Shown in pieces: positions 47,576 to 55,779 of a stretch of 64,000 nt of DNA. Numbering within the stretch: the stretch's first letter is position 1; every line of letters begins with the position of its first letter. The stretch comes from a bacterium (GTDB lineage Bacteria; SAR324; XYD2-FULL-50-16), in contig JAJRZQ010000002.1 of assembly GCA_024275165.1 (NCBI GenBank), positions 76,679 through 140,678 of the forward strand, read 5' to 3'. The notes beneath the pieces were generated by a model. The model did no database searches, was not told the DNA's origin, and saw only the letters and a list, made by a program, of their open reading frames with translations. Position numbers and translations under genes: made by a program.

Positions 47576-48085
47576 TTAAAAGAGAAACCAGATGGGACTG
47601 ATATAAAAGGGGTCGTAGTAGTGTTCGTAGGTGATAAAGGTGGACTGGGTGCCGTTGTCATCGTGATAGTCGTTGCTGTGGTGGTGTTCGAGCTGGTTGA
47701 GTCGTTCTTCTTCAGCGTGCAGTTTCGCGTTGAGCTTGGCCCCGCGAGCAATGACATCTTGAATCACCGTTTCCCCGCTCACCCATTCTCCATCATCGCT
47801 GCGATAGGCAAGGTCTTCGATTTGGATGGCACTGTCCACAATCTCCTCAATCTTTTTCCAGGTGAGCCCGCTGACTAAGTCGAATTGCCAGCCGTCGCGG
47901 TGATGATCGAAAAACCCCTCTTTTAAAAAGCTTAAGAATACGAAGTCAGCGGGGTTGATCTGCTTAAACCAAGCAACGGCGATACGGAGGTCGCTAAAGC
48001 GTTCCTCATTGATATAGTCCTCCCAATCTTCGTCATCCAATTCAAAAATCTTTTCAAAAGCAAAGCTGCCCTCTTCTAAATCCAC
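47576..48085 (-). CDS. acidic hypothetical protein; upstream in-frame extension to ATG 48364 interrupted by TAA at 48194-48196
   Basis: translation continuous across stop: ...HMMAKDYL*LDEKNNYHLTAKGQ...AVDLEEGSFAFEK. Confidence 0.5.
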   Translation of the reverse strand: MDLEEGSFAFEKIFELDDEDWEDYINEERFSDLRIAVAWFKQINPADFVFLSFLKEGFFDHHRDGWQFDLVSGLTWKKIEEIVDSAIQIEDLAYRSDDGEWVSGETVIQDVIARGAKLNAKLHAEEERLNQLEHHHSNDYHDDNGTQSTFITYEHYYDPFYISPIWFLF

Positions 48086-48367
48086 CGCGGAATAGATATC
48101 GAAATGGGAAAGGTATTCTTCGTAGCGGAGCTTTAAGTTGGCAAGCTTCTCTTGCCCTTTGGCGGTCAGGTGGTAGTTGTTTTTCTCGTCCAGTTAAAGG
48201 TAGTCCTTGGCCATCATATGGATGAACAGAGGTTCTAAGTCTTGATCGGCGCCTTCTAAGACCACGCTGAATGAATTGTTTTCATTGTGCAGCAAGTCGA
48301 GCAGCACTCCGGCCGCGTATTCCTTGCGTTGCGTTTCATCTAAGGAAAAGTGTTTTTGTCCCATGGG

Positions 48368-49156
48368 TTAGATTGGCTTGATGCGGTTAAAGAGACGCAA
48401 ACTGTTTTCCCAGCAAGCGTTTTTGAGCTGAGTTTCGGTAATTCGCAAAAAATTAGCGACAAAGCGGCCTACCAGAGGGAGGTAAGCGGGATAATTCATG
48501 CGGCCTCGGTGGGGCTTGGGGGCTAAAAAGGGGGCATCGGTTTCGAGTAGGATTTGGTTTAGAGGGGTTATTTTTAAAACCTCTCTTACATTTTCCCCCT
48601 TGGGAAAGGTGCAGATGCCATTGAAGGAAAGCAAATAACCCTTTTGTAAAATCTTTTCCGCTAAGCCAACCGTGCCGGTGAAAGAATGAAAAACCCCGCG
48701 GAGCCCGCTCCCTTGGAAGTCTTTTAAAAAGCCTTGGACTTGGCTCTCTGCGTCTCTGGCGTGAATGACGAGAGGCAGGCCTAATTCCAAGGCGATCTCA
48801 ACTTGCCGGTAAAATACCTGGACTTGGCTTTTTGAGTCTGCATGTCGGTAGTAAAAATCAAATCCGCATTCCCCGATTGCGACAACCTTGGTCTGGTTTT
48901 GAGCGGCCTCGTAAATGAATTGAAAGTCGGCCTCTCGGGCTTGGGCCGCTTCGTGGGGGTGTATGCCTAAGGCCCCGTGCAGAGCAGGCTGAGAGGCGAT
49001 TAACGGAAGGATTTTTCGATTGGATTCATCCTTTGTGCCAATGGTTAACATCAGCCCCACTCCGGCCTGAATGGCTTGTTCCGCCAGGGGGCCCGCTTCT
49101 TGATCGAGCATGTCGAAATGGCAATGACTATCGAACCAGCTAATAGATAAATTCAT
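48368..49156 (-). CDS. TatD-family metal-dependent hydrolase/DNase
   Basis: MNLSISWFDSHCHFDM..., histidine-rich TIM-barrel motifs. Confidence 0.85.
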   Translation of the reverse strand: MNLSISWFDSHCHFDMLDQEAGPLAEQAIQAGVGLMLTIGTKDESNRKILPLIASQPALHGALGIHPHEAAQAREADFQFIYEAAQNQTKVVAIGECGFDFYYRHADSKSQVQVFYRQVEIALELGLPLVIHARDAESQVQGFLKDFQGSGLRGVFHSFTGTVGLAEKILQKGYLLSFNGICTFPKGENVREVLKITPLNQILLETDAPFLAPKPHRGRMNYPAYLPLVGRFVANFLRITETQLKNACWENSLRLFNRIKPI

Positions 49157-49279
49157 GAAATTTTTTAGTTTCGCTGTCCTAATTTTACTTAGAATTGCTC
49201 TAAGTATCAAGAGAAAAGGCGTCAAGAGGCTGGTCAAAGCCTGGGGAGCATGTTATTGGAGGGGGAGTAGAGGTTTAAA

Positions 49280-49462
49280 ATGAAAGAATCGTTTGAAAAT
49301 AAACTATCCCAACTCGAAGAGATTGTAAAAGCCTTAGAAGAAGGCGGCGGCAGCTTGGAAGAATCCCTAAAGTCTTTTGAGGTAGGGGTGAAGCTTAGCC
49401 GGGCCTGTCACAAGGAGTTGGCGGAAGCGCAAAAAAAAGTGGAAATCTTGATTCAAGACTAA
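49280..49462 (+). CDS. xseB: exodeoxyribonuclease VII small subunit
   Basis: 60 aa: FENKLSQLEEIVKALEEGGGSLEESLKSFEVGVKLSRACHKELAEAQKKVEIL. Confidence 0.8.
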   Translation: MKESFENKLSQLEEIVKALEEGGGSLEESLKSFEVGVKLSRACHKELAEAQKKVEILIQD

Positions 49463-49487
49463 GAGGGCACAACCTCCACCCGTCCTT

Positions 49488-50465
49488 TTGAAGAGTAGTC
49501 CTTTCCTGCTTTTGTTGTTGCTTTTGCTGCCGGGGTGTTATTATTGGCAGGCCGGGGTGGGGCAGTGTAAGCTTATGCTGGGCCGGGTGCCCTTAGCCGA
49601 AGCGATTCGCGCGGAAAAAGACCCTCAAATCAAAGCTCTCTTGGCCGAAGTCTCCCAGATCAAGCGTTGTGGAGAGCGCCATCTCGGCTTAAAACCAAGC
49701 CAAAATTACCAAACCTACTATTCGACCCCCTTGCCCGGGGTCACTTTTGTGGTGACCGCCGCCTACCCAGACCGCTTAGAGCGGTATCAATGGGGGTACC
49801 CTCTGTTGGGGAAGCTTCCCTATCGGGGTTATTTTGATCCTGACGCGGCGCGGGCCTATGCGAAAGACCTCGAGGCAGAGGGCCTGGATGTTTGGATTTT
49901 TCCTTCTACGGCCTATTCGACCTTAGGCTGGCTGAACGACCCGATTACCACCCCCATGCTGCGCGCGGGGCGTTATGGCCTGGCAGAAAGTTTGCTGCAT
50001 GAAATGGCCCATCAAACCTATTTTGTCCAGGGTCAGGGGGACTTTAACGAACAGCTTGCCAGTTTTGTAGGGGCGCAGGGGGCGAAGCTCTACCTCACTC
50101 AGGCAGAAGGGGTTTTGGAGTTGGCCGCTGCGCAAGCGAAAAAAGTGAAAGCAGATCAATTGAAAGAGGACTTAAAAGTCTTAAGGGGGCAGCTAGAGGC
50201 CCTGTTTGCTCAGCCCTTGCCAAAAAAAGAAATCTTAAGGCGGAAACAACAACTTTATCAAGCTTTTGCCCAAAGCCAGCGGGAGCAAACCCCAAAAGCC
50301 CCGGCGAGGCAATGGGAATTTAATAACGCGCGTTTGCTGCTCTATGAACTGTATGAGGAAAAAAATCCTCTGTTTATTCAGTTGTGGCAGCAGGCGAGGG
50401 GGGACTGGGCTTTGTTTTGGCGGTTCGTGAAGGAGGATGCGAAAAAGCGGTTTCACTCTGGTTGA
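49488..50465 (+). CDS. putative zinc-dependent aminopeptidase-like lipoprotein (HExxH)
   Basis: signal/lipobox LLLPGC, HEMAH motif. Confidence 0.5.
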   Translation: MKSSPFLLLLLLLLPGCYYWQAGVGQCKLMLGRVPLAEAIRAEKDPQIKALLAEVSQIKRCGERHLGLKPSQNYQTYYSTPLPGVTFVVTAAYPDRLERYQWGYPLLGKLPYRGYFDPDAARAYAKDLEAEGLDVWIFPSTAYSTLGWLNDPITTPMLRAGRYGLAESLLHEMAHQTYFVQGQGDFNEQLASFVGAQGAKLYLTQAEGVLELAAAQAKKVKADQLKEDLKVLRGQLEALFAQPLPKKEILRRKQQLYQAFAQSQREQTPKAPARQWEFNNARLLLYELYEEKNPLFIQLWQQARGDWALFWRFVKEDAKKRFHSG

Positions 50466-50467
50466 AA

Positions 50468-50716
50468 CTAGATTTTTACCTTTTTGAGCGGTTTGGGGTT
50501 GGGCTTAAGACGATAAATTTTTTCTAGGCCCGCGAGTTGTTTGGGTTTTTGTTGGCAAGCATTGCAGAGGGCGACCCACTGTTCGGCGTGGTACCAGATA
50601 CGAAAGTAGTCGTCGGGGGCGACCATTTGAAAGACACAGCGCTCCACGCTGCCTTGAGCGGTGCAATGTTGTTTGTACTTGGTGAGGAGTTTTAAATAGA
50701 TCTTTTTGTTTCCCAT
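50468..50716 (-). CDS. small Cys-containing hypothetical protein
   Basis: 82 aa ORF, CxxC-like pairs (C...C, CNAC). Confidence 0.35.
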   Translation of the reverse strand: MGNKKIYLKLLTKYKQHCTAQGSVERCVFQMVAPDDYFRIWYHAEQWVALCNACQQKPKQLAGLEKIYRLKPNPKPLKKVKI

Positions 50717-51236
50717 AGGGGTATATATTGAGGGCGGAGCAGAGCTTTTTTTATGTTTCCTCCTATAAAATAGCTCAACTTGGGCCGGGAGACCAAGAAA
50801 TAATTGGTCAAAATATCAACAGGAACAGGAGGAGGTGTAGGTGGATAATGCCTATGATAACAAATTATTACAATAAAACCCTAGGTAAATATACAAAACA
50901 AATACCCTAGGGGGAACACCGGATTGAAAAAAAATCGTCTTCAGGAATCAGGAAGTGAATTTCTAATCGCTAAACAAATCAATGTATTTTGCTTTTGATT
51001 TGGGGTTGATTCGGTACCCATAGTATTTCTATGCAAGCTGGCCTGATCTAGGAGAAGCCTACAGCCCGCTACCGCGGTCGGCGGGGCGGCTCGCGCGGGC
51101 GCTCGCCGGGTATAAGCGCCCCCGCAATTTTAATATGCTCCGCAGGCCGGGGCTGAAAGCCCCAGACCCCAGTGGTTTTTTAGATTGGGAACCATACACA
51201 CGCCGGATTTATAAACCATCTCTGGCCTTGCAAGAA

Positions 51237-51257
51237 ACTCTGAGTTTTTCAGAGTTG
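51237..51257. repeat. hairpin aactctga-gtttt-tcagagtt related to the repeat family; possible fliQ terminator
   Basis: perfect 8-bp inverted repeat immediately 3' of fliQ. Confidence 0.5.
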
Positions 51258-51259
51258 CT

Positions 51260-51532
51260 TTAAAAACCGAGATAAAAAGGAATGTTGTTGAACACCTTGG
51301 CCATGTATTCGGTGGCGGTGCTTAAAAACCAGGGGAGGAAGAGCATCAAGGCGATCATCACCCCGGCCATCTTGGGGATAATCGCTAAAGTCATTTCTTG
51401 AATTTGCGTTACTGCCTGAAAAATCGAGACCAACAAACCTAAAACCAGCGCGATTAAAAGCAGCGGAGCGGCCAACTTGGTGGCCACCAGCATGGCCTCG
51501 CTCGCTAGGGTAATCACCAGTTCGGGGGTCAT
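51260..51532 (-). CDS. fliQ: flagellar export apparatus protein FliQ
   Basis: 90 aa two-TM protein typical of FliQ. Confidence 0.85.
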   Translation of the reverse strand: MTPELVITLASEAMLVATKLAAPLLLIALVLGLLVSIFQAVTQIQEMTLAIIPKMAGVMIALMLFLPWFLSTATEYMAKVFNNIPFYLGF

Positions 51533-52353
51533 GGGCTCACTCCCGTAAAGCTCTGGACCAAGCTGCCGGTGATCAGGTACCAGCCGTCAACCAAGACAAA
51601 GAGCATGAGTTTAAAGGGCAAAGAGATCATAATGGGGGGGAGCATCATCATCCCCATGGCCATTAAAACCGAAGAAACGACCATATCAATCACCAAAAAG
51701 GGGATGTAGATAATAAATCCCATTTGAAAAGCGGTTTTTAATTCGCTGATCACAAAAGCGGGAATCACCACCCAAATGGGAACATCCGCGATATTTTGCG
51801 GTCGTTTGATCTTGGCGATGCGGACAAACAAGGCCAAATCCTTTTCTCGGGTATAGGTCACCATAAAGCGCTTGATAGGGCGTACCGCCCGTTCCATGGC
51901 CTCTTCTTGCCCAATTTTCTTGGCAAAGTAGGGGCTCAGGGCCTCGTCATAGATCTTGCCCCAGGTGGGGGCCATGAGGAAAAAGGTCAAAAACATGGCA
52001 AATCCAAGCAACACCTGATTGGGTGGGGATTGCTGGGTGCCCAAGGCGTTGCGCAAAAAGCCCAAGACGATGATGATGCGGGTAAAGCTGGTGGTCAATA
52101 AAAGCAATGCCGGGGCCAGGGTCAAGACCGATAAGAGGGCGATGACCTGCAAGGTGCTGGCAACTTGATCCGGGTTGCTGGAGCGGCCGATTTCTAAGTT
52201 GAAGCTGGGGATGGGAACTTGGCTCTGCGCCAGCAAGGGTAAGGCCCATAGGCACCCTACCAGGGGGAGTAAGAGCGTCTTGAGGGAGAGTTTGTTCCAG
52301 GTCATGCTGCATTGTAATTGGGTTCGTGTCATCATGCCAAAGCCTAGGGGCAA
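51529..52353 (-). CDS. fliP: flagellar export apparatus protein FliP
   Basis: signal peptide + conserved FliP C-terminal region (…IPFLVIDMVVSSVLMAMGMMMLPP…). Confidence 0.9.
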   Translation of the reverse strand: MPLGFGMMTRTQLQCSMTWNKLSLKTLLLPLVGCLWALPLLAQSQVPIPSFNLEIGRSSNPDQVASTLQVIALLSVLTLAPALLLLTTSFTRIIIVLGFLRNALGTQQSPPNQVLLGFAMFLTFFLMAPTWGKIYDEALSPYFAKKIGQEEAMERAVRPIKRFMVTYTREKDLALFVRIAKIKRPQNIADVPIWVVIPAFVISELKTAFQMGFIIYIPFLVIDMVVSSVLMAMGMMMLPPIMISLPFKLMLFVLVDGWYLITGSLVQSFTGVSP

Positions 52354-52365
52354 CCGTCAACAAAG

Positions 52366-54669
52366 TTAGGCAAGGGGGAAGAGCAGACGGGCTAGTTCGT
52401 TCATCCATTCGGCAATGAATTTTTGGCGTTGCGCAAAAGCATCCCAATCCATGATGGGCCGCAGCTCTGTCGCGATTTGCCCTGCTTCTCTCTCGGTTTT
52501 TTGGAGGTGCGCTTCCAGTTTTGCATCCGGTTGAGGGCCTCTTTTTTGCGCCATGCGGGCCATGGCTGTTTGGAGTTGAAAGTATTGGTTGATCTTCTCA
52601 TAGACCGGGCGTAAATCCTGGGGGGGTTTGCCTTTCCAGGGGGGTTGAAAGTATCGGTGGCGAGCGATGAGCCCGCTGAAATTTCGTTTGAATTTTTCTT
52701 GCTGGTTTTGGGCAAAGCCGGGGGGAAGCCGTCGATAGGCCCGCGCCGCCTCAAAGAGTTCATGGATGAAATTATAGGGCAATTCGAGGATCAAGGCCTC
52801 TTTTTGATCTTGAATGAGAAAGTCGTTGGAACTGGCTAAGATGTAGACCTGTACCCCTGTTGGGGTATAGGATTTTGCCAAGCGCGCGTCAAAGGCGATT
52901 TTTTGGGTGAGGTTGCTCAGATAAAGCTGAAAATCCTTTTCTTGGTTTTGTTCTATTGCCAGATTGATGGCCAGTCGCAAGCTGGGTAGGTGGTGATGCC
53001 GATATTTTAAGGCCAGGCGAATGGCATCGTAGGCAGCGGAAAATTTTTGTTGCAAGACTAAGGCAACGGCCTTGTGAAAGTCGTTTTCGCGATAATGGGG
53101 GATGATGGATTCAATGACTAAGGTGCTTTTGCCCAACTCGGTTCCTAAGTTCAGGCGGATCTGTTCATGGGCCGCTAAGTCCCAAGCGTAGATATCTCGG
53201 CTCTGTTTCAGTAATTGAGAGAGTTGATAGTAGCCCTTGGCCCTTTGGGGGGAAAAAATTTTCTCCTGCGCTTGCACAAAACGGTATTGATCTTTGAGCC
53301 AGGGAAGCAGCAAACTCCCGGCGAGTATTAAAATCCCTAAAGAAAGGCCTAATTTTGCCGGTAGGGAGGGGATAACCCCCTTGTTGATCCGAGGCTGGTT
53401 GAGGCGAAAGAGGAAAGCCATCCAGGCCCAATAGGGGATGAAGCTGACTACCATTCTCGGGGATACGGAAACCAAAGAGTGGACCAAGTAGGCAAACAAC
53501 CCGCCGGCAATGCCCAGAGCGAGCCAGCGGGCCTCGTTTTCTTGGGCGAGGAGCGCTTTTTTCGCGGCGAAAAATAACTGCGCCCATAAAAAGAGATAGG
53601 CCGCAAAAACCAGCAGACCGCCTTCTTGCAACAGTTCCAGCAACTCGGAATGGGCATGGTTGTAGCTGCTTTCTTGATGCAGCAAGGCGGCGTAAGGGGT
53701 CACATAGGTAAAAAAGAGGCTGTAGCTGCTCCCCAACCCCCAACCCCAGAGGGGAGAAGCGCTAAAAGAGCTCCAGGCCGCTTGCCAGGGGATCCAGCGC
53801 CCAATCCAAGCCCGGGCGGAAAAAAGTTCTAAAAACCGGCTGCTCGTGTGTGTGGGCCCGAAAAGCAAAAAAAGACCGAGGGTGAGCAGAGCGAGCAGAA
53901 AAAGCACCCCGGAGCCGAGCAGGAATTTTTTTAAGCCCTGGCGGTTAAATTGTCGTAAGCGAATCCAGGTCATGAGCCACAAGGCAAGGCCTAGGGCAAA
54001 AATAGCCGCGCGGGTCTGGGCCAAAAAGAGGGCGATGAGGCCAAAGACAAGGCCGTAACCGCATAATTTTCGCAAAAAAGGGAGCTGGTTCCAGTTGCCA
54101 AAAGCCTCCCAGGGGCGGGCAATGGCGATGAGCACGGGCAGCCCTTGAATCAGGGCCCCGCTCATGTAATTGCGATGTCCGTAGCTCGCTTGCGGGTAGG
54201 CCCCTGGGGTAAGGATAAACTCCACCAGCGACCAAACCCCGCTGAGGATCGCCACCACCGCGACCCAGCCGAAAAAGACGCGAATTTTAGCCTGGTCGTC
54301 CAGTTGGATCAAGAGGAGAAAAAACCATAAAAAGGCTAAAATGAGGCTCGCCAGTTCATAGGCAAAGTTATAATTAAAGGCCATCTGACTGTGCAGCAGG
54401 CCCGGTTGCCGGGTCAGGATGAGCAGCAAGGGGGCGGCGAGCCAGAGCGGATCGACCTCAATTTGGGTCTCTTTCTTCTTGAGAAATAGAGTGAGTACCA
54501 AGCCGCAAAGGCCGACCCAAACTAGGGCGAGCTTATAACTGTTGACCTGATAAAAGGCGTGGGAATAAGTGAGGTTGATCCATAAAAAAAAGAAACCCAG
54601 TCCGGTAGCGGGTTGCTGGAAAAAGCGCAGGGTTTTTTGGGTTAAAGAAGGGGTATTGTGCAGGCTCAA
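52366..54669 (-). CDS. O-antigen ligase/polymerase (Wzy_C)-family multi-TM protein with C-terminal soluble repeat domain
   Basis: ~12 TM N-terminal half with Wzy_C-like loop (LFLAQTRAAIFALGLALWL), ~330-aa C-terminal helical domain. Confidence 0.6.
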   Translation of the reverse strand: MSLHNTPSLTQKTLRFFQQPATGLGFFFLWINLTYSHAFYQVNSYKLALVWVGLCGLVLTLFLKKKETQIEVDPLWLAAPLLLILTRQPGLLHSQMAFNYNFAYELASLILAFLWFFLLLIQLDDQAKIRVFFGWVAVVAILSGVWSLVEFILTPGAYPQASYGHRNYMSGALIQGLPVLIAIARPWEAFGNWNQLPFLRKLCGYGLVFGLIALFLAQTRAAIFALGLALWLMTWIRLRQFNRQGLKKFLLGSGVLFLLALLTLGLFLLFGPTHTSSRFLELFSARAWIGRWIPWQAAWSSFSASPLWGWGLGSSYSLFFTYVTPYAALLHQESSYNHAHSELLELLQEGGLLVFAAYLFLWAQLFFAAKKALLAQENEARWLALGIAGGLFAYLVHSLVSVSPRMVVSFIPYWAWMAFLFRLNQPRINKGVIPSLPAKLGLSLGILILAGSLLLPWLKDQYRFVQAQEKIFSPQRAKGYYQLSQLLKQSRDIYAWDLAAHEQIRLNLGTELGKSTLVIESIIPHYRENDFHKAVALVLQQKFSAAYDAIRLALKYRHHHLPSLRLAINLAIEQNQEKDFQLYLSNLTQKIAFDARLAKSYTPTGVQVYILASSNDFLIQDQKEALILELPYNFIHELFEAARAYRRLPPGFAQNQQEKFKRNFSGLIARHRYFQPPWKGKPPQDLRPVYEKINQYFQLQTAMARMAQKRGPQPDAKLEAHLQKTEREAGQIATELRPIMDWDAFAQRQKFIAEWMNELARLLFPLA

Positions 54670-54880
54670 ATTGGTTCCATTGGGTATGGGTCTTCCCCTG
54701 ACGGCTAATGGGCGTTAGCGGTGGTTGCTTGTGCGAGAGTTCGGGTTTTTTTCTCCCTTGGCTCCCATTGTGCAAGAAGGGTTGAAAGAGATCAAGCAAT
54801 TGCGTATAATCAGATTGAGATTCTTGTTGTTGTTGGTTTGGAAAAATGGCCTCAATTCGACTTGACCCGGTCTTTCTCTT

Positions 54881-55759
54881 TTGGCGACCTTGAGCCCCAG
54901 TGAGGCCTTCGAGCCGAGGGCGCTACTGTTTTTTTTAGGAATTATCTTGATTGATTCTGTTTTTCAACTTCTTTTTCGCTACGAAAAGCCCTTAAGCCGC
55001 CAGAAAATTGGCTTAACCTTAGGAAACCCGAAGGGGGTCAAAGAGCTTTTGAGCCACTTGAATCAAGATGATCGCTTTATCGCCTTAGAGGATGATCACT
55101 GGCAGGCCGCGGCGATGGAAGACCTGGTTGAGGATCAAGACTTAGAAGAGGTCGAGTTTCTCATTACCGACTTGGAAACGACCGGCCCGGCCAAGGGGCA
55201 AGACCGCATTATTGACATCGCGGCGATTAAACTGCAAGGGGGAATAGAGCGAGACCGCTTTGAGTCTTTAATCAACCCGGAGATGCGTATTTCCTCCACG
55301 ATTCATCGGCTGACGGGGATCAACGATGAAATGGTGCGCAAGGCCCCGACCATTGAAACCCTGCTGCCCGATTTTTTGCGTTTTGCCAAGGGCGGCGTTT
55401 TTGTCGCGCACAATGCCCTGTTTGATTTCGCCTTTATCAGCCATGAGGTTCGGAGGCTGAATCTAGAGCCTTTACATAAACGAATTGAAATCTGCACTTT
55501 TCGCATGGCGAGAAAGCTTCTTCCCGATTTAAAGGCCTGTGGGCTCAATGGCCTGTGCGAGTTTTACGGGTACCAGATGATGGATCGCCACCGGGCCATG
55601 CCCGATGTGGAAGCAACCGCCTATTTTTTAACCCAATTTTTAGCTGATTTAAAAGAAAGGGGGGTGAACACGCTGCATCAATTGATCCGCTTTCAGCTCG
55701 AAGCGCTCAGCGACTCAGATGTGCATAAAAAGATCAAGCGGTACAAGCGCAAACTCTAG
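54881..55759 (+). CDS. DnaQ-like DEDDh 3'-5' exonuclease domain protein
   Basis: Exo I ITDLETTG, Exo II VAHNALFDFAFI, Exo III HRAMPDVEA; alternative start at 55115. Confidence 0.75.
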   Translation: MATLSPSEAFEPRALLFFLGIILIDSVFQLLFRYEKPLSRQKIGLTLGNPKGVKELLSHLNQDDRFIALEDDHWQAAAMEDLVEDQDLEEVEFLITDLETTGPAKGQDRIIDIAAIKLQGGIERDRFESLINPEMRISSTIHRLTGINDEMVRKAPTIETLLPDFLRFAKGGVFVAHNALFDFAFISHEVRRLNLEPLHKRIEICTFRMARKLLPDLKACGLNGLCEFYGYQMMDRHRAMPDVEATAYFLTQFLADLKERGVNTLHQLIRFQLEALSDSDVHKKIKRYKRKL

Positions 55760-55779
55760 ATGCGTAAAGGTCCGTCAAG

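Noticed and set aside
47404-47757. 117-aa minus-strand ORF rich in T/S/P/L opposite the 46757 gene tail
   Set aside because: Low-complexity shadow of the GC-rich/homopolymer region; no start context.
50980-51010. ggggttgattcggtaccc resembles the 5' end of tmRNA (GGGGCUGAUUCUGG...)
   Set aside because: No tRNA-like T-arm (GGTTCGA..TCC...CCA), no resume codon/tag-peptide reading frame and no ~350-nt structure downstream; similarity is limited to ~13 nt.
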